A stretch of 64,000 nt of DNA, taken from positions 1 through 64,000 of the forward strand of contig JBEGVZ010000119.1 in NCBI GenBank assembly GCA_041178085.1, given 5' to 3'. Within the stretch, counting starts at the first letter, position 1, and every line of letters begins with the position of its first letter. Below, one piece after another: positions 26,702 to 36,700 of the stretch. The position numbers and the translations under genes are program-made. Source of the DNA: Pseudomonadota bacterium (lineage in GTDB: Bacteria > Bdellovibrionota_B > Oligoflexia > Oligoflexales > RGVZ01). The notes below the pieces were generated by a model. It worked only from the letters and a program-made list of their open reading frames with translations. It was not told the DNA's origin and searched no databases.

Positions 26702-28987
26702 TCAGACGTCGTCGAAATCGTAGGTCAATTCACGGCCATTGTCTGGTTCAAGGTGGTGAGCTGCCACCTTGCGCTTGCCCAGACCATCAAAATCAACAAC
26801 CGCCTTAATATGTCCAAACTCGTCAATGATCTGGATCACTTCCCCGCCACCATACGTCGGGTGCTGAACCCGGTCCCCGACTGCGGCCGTGAAAGGCTCC
26901 TGACTGGCCGAGCGGGCGGACCCGGTAGGCGTGTCCCAGCTGTCTTCGTCCCCACCGTGATGACTGCTGCCGCGGAACGAATCGACCACAGCCTTGTGGT
27001 TCATGTCGCTGGCGAGCAGCTCCCGCGGGATTTCCTTGAGGAAACGTGACGGCATGTTGGCCATGGTGTTGTTGAATACCCGGCGACGGAATGCGCAAGA
27101 AAGGGACAATTTTTTCCGCGCCCGGGTCATGCCGACGTAAAACAGGCGGCGCTCTTCTTCCAGGTCTGCTTCATCTTCAGAGGACGTCCCGTAAGGCAAA
27201 AGGCCGTCCTCGACCCCGACGACGTACACCCGGTCGAACTCAAGACCCTTGGCACTGTGCAGGGTCATCAAGCTGACTCCCTGAGCGTTTTCGTCTTCGG
27301 TCGTGACCAGAGTCACTGACTGCAGCCAGTCGGAAAGCGCCTCAAGACCACGCTTTGATCCCTCTTCTTCAAACACTGCCAGCGCGCCGGCAAGATCGTG
27401 GATGTTTTCCAGCTTGTCGACCACTTTGTCCGGGTGCTTGGCCTCAAGCCAGGTACGGTAGCCAGTCAGCTTGACCAGAGTTTCGACAAAATTTGCCAGC
27501 CCCCCGGCAGCAAGCTGCGCGCGCAGTTCGTCCAAAAGTTCTGCAAAGGCACGGTATCTGGGACCCACGCGGGGGGCATTCTCATCGGCCAGAAGACGCA
27601 AGGTCGCAAGCATCGGCTTGCCCCGGCTGGTCGCTGCCTTGGCCAGCTGGTCCACTGCCGTATCACCGATCCCGCGCGCAGGGACGTTGATCACACGGCG
27701 CAGGCTGACATCGTCGGCAGGATTTGCCAGAAGTCGCATGTAAGCCATCAGGTCCTTGATTTCCGCACGGTCGTAAAACCGCAGTGCACCATAGACCCGG
27801 TAAGGGATCCGGTCCCGCCGCAACGCTTCCTCCAAGGGCCGCGACTGGCTGTTGGTCCGGTAGAAGATCGCGACGTCCTTGAGGGGAAATACCGACAGCT
27901 CGTCCAGGATGGAGCGGGCCACTGCCCAGGCTTCGACTTCCTCGTCTGCCTCGATCCGGAACTGGATCGGCTCGCCTTCCTCTTTTGCAGTCCAAAGCTT
28001 TTTTTGGGCGCGCTTGGTGTTGTGTCCAATGACTGCGCTGGCGGCATTCACGATGTTGGCTGAAGAACGATAGTTTTGTTCCAGCTTCAGCACCTTTGCT
28101 TCCGGGTAGGTTGTGCTGAAATCAAGGATGTTCTGGGGACTTGCACCCCGCCAACTATAAATCGATTGATCGTCATCACCGACCACGCAAAGATTGCGGT
28201 GGGACGCAGCCAGGAGCGTCAGCAACTCATTCTGGGTTTTGTTTGTGTCTTGATACTCGTCAACAAGAACGTAACGATACTTCTGCTGCATCGCAGAACG
28301 CACCTTGGCATTGTTACGCATCAAAAAGAGCATGTTCATCAGCAGGTCATCGAAGTCCATGGCGTTGGAAGCCGCCAGGACTTCCTGGTAACGCTTGTAA
28401 ACATTGAGTGCCGCTGGTGGCATGTGCTGCCCGTACATCCGGTTGATGGCATCGCGTTCGTGGGGAAACAACGCCTCGGTCTTCACGTCGTGCAAGAAAC
28501 CGCGGTAATCGCCCACCGTCAGGTTCTTGTCCAGCTTGACGTCGAATTCCTTCAAGACAGCTTTCATGGCCGAAAGGGTGTCGCTGTCATCATAAATTGT
28601 GAAATCAGAAGTGAAGCCAGCCTCATCCGCGTATTCACGCAGCCATCGCGCGCAAGCCGAGTGAAAGGTCGAAATAAGCGCGCGCGAACCGAACGGGGTA
28701 AGCGCCTCGACCCGTCCCCGCATCTCTCCGGCAGCCTTGTTGGTGAAGGTGACAGCAAGGATTTGCCAGGGCGGCACTCCGCTCTCGATCAGATGGGCAA
28801 TGCGGCGGGTGATGACCCGGGTTTTTCCTGAGCCGGCGCCAGCAAAAATCACCATCGGTCCATCAACGTGAGCCGCAGCCTCGCGCTGAACAGGGCACAG
28901 GCCTTCAAGGCAGGCTTCCTTTGCATCCTCGCGGCCCCTGATCCCACCTGGGCGCAAGACGTCAAACAAGTCCGGCTTGCTATTCAA
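26702..28987 (-). CDS. uvrD: ATP-dependent DNA helicase PcrA/UvrD
   Basis: AGAGSGKT, VDEYQDTN, VGDDDQSIYSWRGA, LEQNYRS, TLHSAKGLEF, EERRLFYVGMTRA; C-terminal Tudor-like GDRVQHPTYG. Confidence 0.96.
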   Translation of the reverse strand: MNSKPDLFDVLRPGGIRGREDAKEACLEGLCPVQREAAAHVDGPMVIFAGAGSGKTRVITRRIAHLIESGVPPWQILAVTFTNKAAGEMRGRVEALTPFGSRALISTFHSACARWLREYADEAGFTSDFTIYDDSDTLSAMKAVLKEFDVKLDKNLTVGDYRGFLHDVKTEALFPHERDAINRMYGQHMPPAALNVYKRYQEVLAASNAMDFDDLLMNMLFLMRNNAKVRSAMQQKYRYVLVDEYQDTNKTQNELLTLLAASHRNLCVVGDDDQSIYSWRGASPQNILDFSTTYPEAKVLKLEQNYRSSANIVNAASAVIGHNTKRAQKKLWTAKEEGEPIQFRIEADEEVEAWAVARSILDELSVFPLKDVAIFYRTNSQSRPLEEALRRDRIPYRVYGALRFYDRAEIKDLMAYMRLLANPADDVSLRRVINVPARGIGDTAVDQLAKAATSRGKPMLATLRLLADENAPRVGPRYRAFAELLDELRAQLAAGGLANFVETLVKLTGYRTWLEAKHPDKVVDKLENIHDLAGALAVFEEEGSKRGLEALSDWLQSVTLVTTEDENAQGVSLMTLHSAKGLEFDRVYVVGVEDGLLPYGTSSEDEADLEEERRLFYVGMTRARKKLSLSCAFRRRVFNNTMANMPSRFLKEIPRELLASDMNHKAVVDSFRGSSHHGGDEDSWDTPTGSARSASQEPFTAAVGDRVQHPTYGGGEVIQIIDEFGHIKAVVDFDGLGKRKVAAHHLEPDNGRELTYDFDDV

Positions 28988-30812
28988 CGGTCACCGACTT
29001 CGCAAGGTTTCGGGGCTGGTCCACATCTGTTCCACGCAGGTCAGCCATGTAATAAGCCAAAAGTTGAAGTGGGACGACCGACAGAATGGCCTGCAGGTGA
29101 TCGTCATCGATCTGCGGGCAAGGAATGTAATGCTCACAGATCGAGCGGAAGCGTTCGTCCTCAAGATCCCCCACACCGATGATCCGGCCCTGGCGCGCCC
29201 GAACTTCCTCGATGTTTGAAATCATTTTTTCATACTGGGCGTCGCGCGGCGCAATCGAAACCACCGGCATGTGACGATCGACGAGAGCGATAGGTCCGTG
29301 CTTGAGCTCGCCGCCGGCATAACCTTCCGCGTGGATGTAGGAAATTTCCTTCAATTTCAGGGCACCCTCGGTGGCAACGGGGAAGCTCGCACCCCGCCCG
29401 ATGAACAGCATGTTTTGCGATTCGTAAACCTTCTGGGAAATCTCCTCGATCACACCAGCTGTATTGATCGCCCGATCCACCAATGCCGGAAGGCGTCGCA
29501 TGGCGTCAAATGACTTCTCAAGGGCGCCAGGGAGCAAAGTCTTTCGCCGCGCACCAAGCGCGAGGGCAAGCACATAAAAGCCCAGCACCATTGCCGTGAA
29601 AGCCTTGGTCGAAGCGACCCCCACTTCGGGGCCGGCTTCCATGTACAGGACGGCATTAGACGCGCGCGGGATCGATGAAAAGCGCACATTGCAGATGCTC
29701 ATCACCTGGCATCCACGTTCTGACGCGTGCTTGACGCATGCCAGGGTGTCTGCTGTCTCCCCCGACTGGGACACGGCAATAAACAAAGTTGACTCATCGA
29801 TGCAAGGATTGCGGTAGCGAAACTCACTCGCAAGTTCAACGTTGGCCGGCAAGCGCGTGAAATGCTCGATCATGTATCGGCCGATCTGGCCCGCATAGTG
29901 TGCTGTTCCGCAGGCTACGATCGCGACGTTCTTGATTTTTTTCAAGTCCAGGGCGTCGATCCCGATTTCCTTGTCCGAAAAGCTGCTGGCTTTGAGGTCC
30001 AGCAGGCGACCAAGCATGCTCGACATGACCGCGGGCTGCTCGTGGATTTCCTTCAACATGTAGTGTTTGAAACCCTGCTTGTCGGCACTGGCGGCAGACC
30101 AGTTGAGCACCGCTGGTGAACGCCGGATTTCCTTGCCCGCAAAATCCCAGACATCGATCTTGTCCGGCTTCAAACAGGCAAATTCACCGTCCATCAGGAA
30201 CAGGGCGCGATTGGTGTGCGGCAACAGGGCAAGGGCGTCGCTGGCAAAGAAGTTTTCTCCTTCGCCCGCGCCCACCACCAGGGGACTTCCCTGCTTGACC
30301 ACGTACATCTGGTCAGGCTGACGTGCCCAGATAATGCCAAGCGCGTAAGCACCGCGCAGGTGCTTCACGGTCTCGATGATCGCAGACTTCAAGTCGCCGA
30401 GTTTTTTCAGGGCAGCATCAAGGGTGTGCAAAACGACTTCGGTGTCGGTATCACTCTTGAATTCGACGCCGGTCTTGATCAGCTCTTCCTTGAGTTCCCG
30501 GTAGTTCTCAATGATGCCATTGTGGATGATGACCAGATCACCGTGCAGGTGCGGATGCGCGTTGCGTTCCGTGGGCGCGCCGTGGGTTGCCCACCGCGTG
30601 TGCCCCATGCCCATGGTGGCTGTGGCCGGCAAATCGGCCAGGCGCGGTTCGAGCTGGACCAGCTTGCCCTCGGCCTTGACCAGCTGGATCTTCCCCCGTT
30701 CAAGGACGGCAATCCCGGCCGAGTCATAACCACGGTATTCGAGCCGTTTGAGGCCATCAAAAATCAGCCGCGCACAGGGTTTCTTGCCAATATATCCAAT
30801 GACTCCGCACAT
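28980..30812 (-). CDS. glmS: Glutamine--fructose-6-phosphate aminotransferase
   Basis: MCGVIG, GHTRWATHG, SQSGETADT, DQPRNLAKSVTVE. Confidence 0.98.
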   Translation of the reverse strand: MCGVIGYIGKKPCARLIFDGLKRLEYRGYDSAGIAVLERGKIQLVKAEGKLVQLEPRLADLPATATMGMGHTRWATHGAPTERNAHPHLHGDLVIIHNGIIENYRELKEELIKTGVEFKSDTDTEVVLHTLDAALKKLGDLKSAIIETVKHLRGAYALGIIWARQPDQMYVVKQGSPLVVGAGEGENFFASDALALLPHTNRALFLMDGEFACLKPDKIDVWDFAGKEIRRSPAVLNWSAASADKQGFKHYMLKEIHEQPAVMSSMLGRLLDLKASSFSDKEIGIDALDLKKIKNVAIVACGTAHYAGQIGRYMIEHFTRLPANVELASEFRYRNPCIDESTLFIAVSQSGETADTLACVKHASERGCQVMSICNVRFSSIPRASNAVLYMEAGPEVGVASTKAFTAMVLGFYVLALALGARRKTLLPGALEKSFDAMRRLPALVDRAINTAGVIEEISQKVYESQNMLFIGRGASFPVATEGALKLKEISYIHAEGYAGGELKHGPIALVDRHMPVVSIAPRDAQYEKMISNIEEVRARQGRIIGVGDLEDERFRSICEHYIPCPQIDDDHLQAILSVVPLQLLAYYMADLRGTDVDQPRNLAKSVTVE

Positions 30813-30838
30813 GGGACCGTCCTGAAAAATAATTTGAA

Positions 30839-31927
30839 TTACTGGATCATGCTCATCGGCGGTATGTACTCACCGGGATTGACCACATAGTTTCGCACCA
30901 CCGATCCGGCGCCAATCACGGCGCGATCACCGACTGTCACATCGTCAAGCACCACATGGTGTCCGATCCTGCAGCCGCGGCCGACCTGGGTCTTGCCCTC
31001 CAGGCACACACCCGACCCGACCACGCTGTCTGGACCAATGACGCAGTCCACTTCCACCCTGCAAGTTTGCGGATGATGGAAGGTCACGCCTTCGGCCATC
31101 AGGGCTGCGATCTGGCGCTGCACCAGCATGTTCTCCACGGAAGCCATCTGGACGCGGTCGTTGACACCCAGAAAATCTTGCCAGTCAGCCGCCTCATGAA
31201 TTGCAACCTTCATGCCTTTTTTGGCAGCCAGACCAAGGCAGTCCGTTAGATAGTATTCCTTCTGCTGGTTGTCTGGTTTGAGTTCAGCCAGCAACTCAAA
31301 CAGGACACGTGTCTTGGCAAAGAGGACGCCTGAATTGCACAAGTTGATCTTGCGTTCTTCGTCCGACGCATCTTTTTCCTCAACGATACGCTCAAAAGAT
31401 CCGGCCGGAGTTAGCACAATCCTGCCGTAACCGGCCGGCATGGGGACACGCATCGCCAACACACCGATGTCGGCGCGGGCAGAATGACACATGGCAAGAA
31501 ACCGCTTAATTTCTTGAGAGGAAATTGCCGGCGTATCCCCGGCACAGATCAATAACTCATCGGCCTGGATGCGCTCAGGTTCATCGCCCGATTCGCCTGT
31601 CACCAGCTCGGCATCCGCATAAGGTGGTTTTTTCACGCCCGCCAACGCACGGTATGCCGACGCCGCTGCATCGCCCGTGCCGCGAGCGGAATTCTGGACA
31701 CAGAAAAGGGCGGACTCGAAACGCTTCCAGGAGTCCCTGGCCTCTGCCATCGCCGGGCTGATGACCACTACCTGACGATCGACCCCGGCACGGCTCAGGC
31801 ACCGTACCACCCAGTCCAGCATCGGCAAGCCGCCCATCTTGTGCAGGACCTTGGTCGTATCGCTTTTCATCCTTGTGCCTTTGCCGGCGGCAAGGACGAT
31901 GGCTGCAGTTTTGTGGTTGTTGGTCAT
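30839..31927 (-). CDS. glmU: GlmU-like GlcNAc-1-P uridyltransferase with truncated left-handed beta-helix
   Basis: LAAGKGTRMKS, GTGDA, GYGRI, EYYLTD, GVNDR; only ~80 aa of hexapeptide repeats before the stop; ATG 31927. Confidence 0.9.
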   Translation of the reverse strand: MTNNHKTAAIVLAAGKGTRMKSDTTKVLHKMGGLPMLDWVVRCLSRAGVDRQVVVISPAMAEARDSWKRFESALFCVQNSARGTGDAAASAYRALAGVKKPPYADAELVTGESGDEPERIQADELLICAGDTPAISSQEIKRFLAMCHSARADIGVLAMRVPMPAGYGRIVLTPAGSFERIVEEKDASDEERKINLCNSGVLFAKTRVLFELLAELKPDNQQKEYYLTDCLGLAAKKGMKVAIHEAADWQDFLGVNDRVQMASVENMLVQRQIAALMAEGVTFHHPQTCRVEVDCVIGPDSVVGSGVCLEGKTQVGRGCRIGHHVVLDDVTVGDRAVIGAGSVVRNYVVNPGEYIPPMSMIQ

Positions 31928-32047
31928 GTTTCCAGTCCAAGTTTCCTGACCAGAAGTTACCCCGGCCCGGACGGGGCGGCAACGGTGCAATTTGACGGCA
32001 CTCCGTGCATCTGGCAAAACCTATGGACTGGGCGTCGGCCGAAGCAC

Positions 32048-32812
32048 ATGGGGGTTTTCGTGGGTATCCTGGAAAAATTCAAAACCTGGCGTAAAAGCCA
32101 GCAGGAAGGGAAGATCGCCAAAGCCGCCAAGGCCGCTAAAAACGCGAAGGCGATCCGCGAAGACCGGTGGGCTGCCTTGGAGCTCTTGTGCGACGTGGAA
32201 GACGCAGAACAAGCGATACCGGCCCTTTTGCAAAGGTTTGAGTTCAGCCTCGAGAACGGGATCAACGACGCCAAAGAAAAAGAACTCGCCATGGGCGGAA
32301 TCACCCGCTTCAAGGACCGGGCAGTCCCCCTGGTCATGCAGCACCTGGCTTCAACAACGCGGATTGCCTGGCCCATCAAGATCCTCAGAGCACTCGGCGA
32401 CGACCAATTGGTTGTCGAAGGTCTGAAAAAAGCACTCAATTTTGGCGACACCACCTTTGACCAGGCCCAGACCGACAAGAATTACGACCTCCTCTGCCAT
32501 CTGGTGGAGTTCAAGCTGGGGTCGTTTGCCAGCGAGCTCGGCCGTTTCCTTTCGGACCCTGACGAACGGGTCCGCTTTGCCGCTGCAGAGGTCATGATTG
32601 AACAGAACGAGCTCACGATCGTGCCGCTTCTGGAAGGTTTCCTGATGGATCAGTCGGTGGAGAACATCCGCATCCGGCAAGCAGTCCTGCGGGCTTTCGT
32701 GGAGCGTCAGTGGCCCTTGCAAAAGCCAGAGCAAATCCCCGGCGGGGAAGTCATCCCTGGCGTTTACGTAACCACCAGCAAAACCCTTGCGGTGCGCGGT
32801 CAACACTCGTGA
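32048..32812 (+). CDS. HEAT-repeat protein
   Basis: FLSDPDERVRFAAAEV and related helical repeats; start at ATG 32048 or GTG 32060. Confidence 0.8.
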   Translation: MGVFVGILEKFKTWRKSQQEGKIAKAAKAAKNAKAIREDRWAALELLCDVEDAEQAIPALLQRFEFSLENGINDAKEKELAMGGITRFKDRAVPLVMQHLASTTRIAWPIKILRALGDDQLVVEGLKKALNFGDTTFDQAQTDKNYDLLCHLVEFKLGSFASELGRFLSDPDERVRFAAAEVMIEQNELTIVPLLEGFLMDQSVENIRIRQAVLRAFVERQWPLQKPEQIPGGEVIPGVYVTTSKTLAVRGQHS

Positions 32813-33195
32813 CAGGACCCGCGGTTTCACCGGCATCGATTTGCCAGATTGAGATCCCGGTATCGGACCTGCAAGCATCCTTGAAGTTTTATGAGCATGT
32901 CTTTGGCTGGCGGCGGTCGCCGGCCGAAATCCAGGAATATGTGGTCCTTGAAAGTCCCGATCCGGAAGCCGCGATCGGCGTCAGCTTGATCCCGGGCGCG
33001 ACACCGGCGGGAAGAAACGGTCACGCCCACACCGTCCTGTACTTCAAAGTCCAGAACCCGGATGAGATCGCCGCGCGCGCGGTGACCTGGGGTGGAACCA
33101 AACGATTTGGTCCGCGCAAGGTGCCGTCCTACGGAGAAATCTGGCGGATCACCGACCCGGACGGCAACCAGTTCGGTCTGTTCAAAGGCAGATGA
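32809..33195 (+). CDS. VOC/glyoxalase family protein
   Basis: IEIPVSDLQASLKFYEHVFGW, VLYFKV, ITDPDGNQFGL; GTG 32809 overlaps the upstream stop. Confidence 0.9.
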   Translation: MTGPAVSPASICQIEIPVSDLQASLKFYEHVFGWRRSPAEIQEYVVLESPDPEAAIGVSLIPGATPAGRNGHAHTVLYFKVQNPDEIAARAVTWGGTKRFGPRKVPSYGEIWRITDPDGNQFGLFKGR

Positions 33196-33210
33196 AACGA
33201 TTACCGCGGC

Positions 33211-34338
33211 CTAAACAATACGGCGCGGAATTTCGGGATTAAGGCGGGTCAGGATCTCGTAGTGGATCGTGTCCCCCCAAGCGGCAAGCTCAGACGCATG
33301 GATCGACTCACCACCCTGGCGTCCGATCAAAATCGCCGGCATGCCCACTTTTGCGCCAGCCACTTCGGTCACATCCACCATGGTCATGTTCATGCACACG
33401 CGCCCGACCACGGAACAGCGCGCGCCCTCGACAAGGACATAGGCCTGACTGCCGCTTACGGAACGGGGAAACCCTTCGTAATAACCGACCGGCACGACGC
33501 CAATACGCATCTTTCGCGTCGCGCGGAAGGTGCATCCATAGCCCACGTATTGGCCTGGCCCGATGTCGATGACGGACGTTAGACGCGCGCCCCACGACAA
33601 GACAGGCTGCAATCCGTCTACGTCCCCCGATGTGCTCAGGAAACTCAGGCGCGTAGCCTGGGACGGCCACTGGCCGTACAAACTGATCCCCACCCGGTGC
33701 AGGTCCATGATGCTGTCCGGAAGGATCAGGGTGGAAGCGCTGGAAGCCGCATGGAACAAGGGCTTCATTCCGCGCGCAACGAACGCCGCACGCACATCGG
33801 CAAAGTGAGCAAGTTGCTTGTCGGCGTATTCGTGCTCCAGAACGTCTTCGACGTTGGCAAAGTGGGTGCATACGCCCGAAAGCAGCTCGGGGCGATTGGC
33901 CACGTGGGTCGCAAGCTGCCCGGCAAGGGTTGAGGCTTCGGATGGAGCAAAACCCTGGCGCGACATGCCGGTGTCAAATTCAAGGTGTATGCGGACTGGG
34001 GAAGTCGACGCCAGCACTGCAGCAAGCGCTTCGTGAGTTCCAACGAAAACGTCAGCTGCCGCATCGGCCGCGGCCTGAACTTGATCCGGCATGAAGGGTC
34101 CGCAGACAAGAAGGCGCCCCTGATAGCCAAAACCGCGCAGGCGGCGGGCTTCGTCCAGGTAGTTGACACAAATCCATGCCGGGTTGAGTTGCGCCAGCAC
34201 CTCATAGACCTGCTTGAGGCCATGGCCGTAGGCGTTGGACTTCAGTACGACAGCAAGGCGCTCGCGCCCCACGCGACTTTCAAAGAAGCGGTAGTTGCGG
34301 CGCAGCGCATTGGCATCGATGGTGATTTCACTGAGCAT
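33211..34338 (-). CDS. alr: Alanine racemase
   Basis: VLKSNAYGHG (PLP Lys), HLEFDTGMSRQG, VGYG, GRVCMN, TIHYEILT. Confidence 0.96.
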   Translation of the reverse strand: MLSEITIDANALRRNYRFFESRVGRERLAVVLKSNAYGHGLKQVYEVLAQLNPAWICVNYLDEARRLRGFGYQGRLLVCGPFMPDQVQAAADAAADVFVGTHEALAAVLASTSPVRIHLEFDTGMSRQGFAPSEASTLAGQLATHVANRPELLSGVCTHFANVEDVLEHEYADKQLAHFADVRAAFVARGMKPLFHAASSASTLILPDSIMDLHRVGISLYGQWPSQATRLSFLSTSGDVDGLQPVLSWGARLTSVIDIGPGQYVGYGCTFRATRKMRIGVVPVGYYEGFPRSVSGSQAYVLVEGARCSVVGRVCMNMTMVDVTEVAGAKVGMPAILIGRQGGESIHASELAAWGDTIHYEILTRLNPEIPRRIV

Positions 34339-34388
34339 GGACAGCCCCCAGGCGCTTCCTGCGTTCCCTGCCTACATGATCTCACAGA

Positions 34389-35756
34389 TCATAGGGCAGA
34401 CGTAATTTGCAAGCGCAGCGGGTTTCCGGCCACCGCCGTCCTGGGGAAGCCAGCCGCACCGGCAAGACGGCTTGCGACGGCCAGCGGGTTTGACGTGTCA
34501 ATCATCTGGATCCCGGACTGGCGCAGGGCTGCTGCGCCCCCGGGGATGCGGCTGCGGGCCACGAAGGCAAAATACCCGCGCGGGTACTGCAGACGGCCGT
34601 CGCCAGACTCTGACGAGACGGCACCTGGAGACGTCAACACGACGCCAGCCACATCCCCTTTGCTGCCAGGGGCAAGGATGAGTTGTCCCAGGTTGAAACG
34701 CTCGATTTCTTCGGTGGTCAGGGCCGTCGCCCGCGGGTCGAGCAGGGACAAAGTTGCCTGCTTCAACCCCAGTTCGGGGACACGCGCCTGCCGCGTCAGG
34801 CAGGGGGCATTGATATAGCGGGCGACCGCGACCGCCATCGCCTGGCCGTTTCCACGGGGGACCAGTGCCACGCCAACAGGAACCTCATAGCAACGGTGCT
34901 TGAAATGGACGATGCCAAGGCGGCCGCTCTTGCCGGTGAGTTTCTCGACGCGGTCGATACCGCGCAATTCAAGAACGCCGAGCTTGCGCAGGTCGGAAAC
35001 CTTGCGCGGCATGACCTGCCACGCGTACCGGCTGCCATCACGCTGCGTCACAACAAGGCCCGCAACCCGGATCAACCCTTGGCGGGGGGCCGGAAATGCC
35101 TCAGGGGCCGAGCCGCAGTCTGCCGCGACGCGTCGTGGTGACTCGCGGAAGCCGACGGCTGCAAGCCTCATGGGACGTACGCCCTTGGTGGGCACGACAC
35201 CCTGGCCAGGAAGAACGACAAGCCCGGCCGGCCGGACGCCACACGGGATGTCGACCTTGAACTGGGGCTTGCCGTTGACTTGGTTGACTGCAAACGTGTT
35301 GAGTTCGTCGACCCGAATCCCATCCAAATCCCCGCGCAGGGGTTCGATGATTTTGTAAGCAGACGAATCGATGAAGGGGAGGCGGAACATCCGCCGCTCG
35401 GGCAAGCGAGCGCATGCAGCCAGGGGCCTGGATACCATGGCGGCCAACTGCAGCTTGGTGCCCTGGTCGATCAGGAGGACTCCGATCGGCTGGGCCCCGC
35501 AAGGCAGGTCGAACGCTGCGGAGACGACTGTCTCATCGTGACTGGCATAGAAAAGCTCTGTGAGCGGCAGCACCTGCCAGCGGGATTTCGGAATTTCGTC
35601 AGCGCGGGCGACCGAGGCAGGGCCTGCAAGAGTCACCACCGCAAGGGTGGCCACCACGAAACCGGGGATCAAGCCTGACTTCCGCACCGGGGACCTCGCC
35701 TTGCCTATGTCCTCCGGACCGGTGTAGATACGGGCCTTGGGGGACAGTGAGTTCAT
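34389..35756 (-). CDS. Hypothetical secreted protein with three Cys-paired repeats
   Basis: Hydrophobic signal ending ARA-DE; repeats LPCGAQPIGVLL / IPCGVRPAGLVV / HRCYEVPVGVAL. Confidence 0.7.
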   Translation of the reverse strand: MNSLSPKARIYTGPEDIGKARSPVRKSGLIPGFVVATLAVVTLAGPASVARADEIPKSRWQVLPLTELFYASHDETVVSAAFDLPCGAQPIGVLLIDQGTKLQLAAMVSRPLAACARLPERRMFRLPFIDSSAYKIIEPLRGDLDGIRVDELNTFAVNQVNGKPQFKVDIPCGVRPAGLVVLPGQGVVPTKGVRPMRLAAVGFRESPRRVAADCGSAPEAFPAPRQGLIRVAGLVVTQRDGSRYAWQVMPRKVSDLRKLGVLELRGIDRVEKLTGKSGRLGIVHFKHRCYEVPVGVALVPRGNGQAMAVAVARYINAPCLTRQARVPELGLKQATLSLLDPRATALTTEEIERFNLGQLILAPGSKGDVAGVVLTSPGAVSSESGDGRLQYPRGYFAFVARSRIPGGAAALRQSGIQMIDTSNPLAVASRLAGAAGFPRTAVAGNPLRLQITSAL

Positions 35757-35942
35757 AGAAAGAATGGTTTCTATAACTATTTTATTAAAATATCAACATT
35801 CTAATGAATGCCGGATGAATTTGAAGGGTTGCGTTCACCCGGTGAGTTTGATAACTACACAGAACTTTTTTGAGGGACAGATTCTTAAAAAACAAGAACC
35901 TGTTGAATTTATAGATAAAATTGAGAGTCCACTGAGAGTCCT

Positions 35943-36092
35943 ATGAAACGTACATTTCAACCGCACAACACCCGTCGTCTCAGAACCCATGGCTTCCGTG
36001 CTCGCATGGAAACCGTCGGTGGTCGCAACGTTCTTCGCTCGCGTCGCGCTAAAGGCCGCAAGCGTATCGCAGTGACCGCCTACAAGAAGTAA
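35943..36092 (+). CDS. rpmH: 50S ribosomal protein L34
   Basis: Not in the ORF track (49 aa). Manual translation: [49 protein letters not shown]. Confidence 0.97.
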   Translation: MKRTFQPHNTRRLRTHGFRARMETVGGRNVLRSRRAKGRKRIAVTAYKK

Positions 36093-36095
36093 TTT

Positions 36096-36482
36096 TTGAC
36101 GCCTCGGGCTGCCTCATTTCCTAAAAACAGGCGACTGCTGACCAAGACCGACTTTGATCGCACGTTCGAACAAGGCATCAAAGCGGTATTTCCTCATGTT
36201 GTTGTAATCGCCGCCAAAGCGCCCGCCGAAGCTTCCAGCTCTCAAACCCCGGAACGTCTCGGCCTGGTCGTATCAAGGAAAGTAGGCAATTCGGTCGTGC
36301 GAAACCGGGTCAAGCGGATGCTGCGTGAAGCCTTCCGCACCATCACTCAAGACACCGGACTGGACATCGTGGTGATCGCACGCCCGCCTGCAGCAGAAGC
36401 TGCGTTTGAGGACTTGAAGGATGCCCTGGCTGCTGCGCTGACAAAATTGCGCGCCCGGCACCTAGCAGGAAACATGAAGTGA
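36096..36482 (+). CDS. rnpA: Ribonuclease P protein component
   Basis: RLGLVVSRKVGNSVVRNRVKRMLREAFR (RNR motif); follows rpmH. Confidence 0.96.
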   Translation: MTPRAASFPKNRRLLTKTDFDRTFEQGIKAVFPHVVVIAAKAPAEASSSQTPERLGLVVSRKVGNSVVRNRVKRMLREAFRTITQDTGLDIVVIARPPAAEAAFEDLKDALAAALTKLRARHLAGNMK

Positions 36483-36700
36483 TCAAACCTGTCCTGTTGT
36501 CCATGATTGATGTTTACAAGCGAGCCGTCTCGCCGCTTGTCCTTCCCGTTCTTGGGATCGGTTGCCGGTTCCATCCAAGCTGCTCTGAATATGCCCGTGA
36601 ATGCCTTGAGAAATATCCGCTGACCGTCGCCGTTACCAGGTCAACGACGCGGCTGCTTCGCTGCCATCCGTGGAATGATGGGGGAGTCGATTTGCCATGA
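36479..36700 (+). CDS. yidD: Membrane protein insertion efficiency factor YidD
   Basis: CRFHPSCSEY...RLLRCHPWNDGGVD. Confidence 0.95.
   Translation: MIKPVLLSMIDVYKRAVSPLVLPVLGIGCRFHPSCSEYARECLEKYPLTVAVTRSTTRLLRCHPWNDGGVDLP

Noticed and set aside
35757..35942. oriC in the AT-rich gap upstream of rpmH
   Set aside because: No recognisable DnaA boxes and no adjacent dnaA; more simply a strong promoter region.
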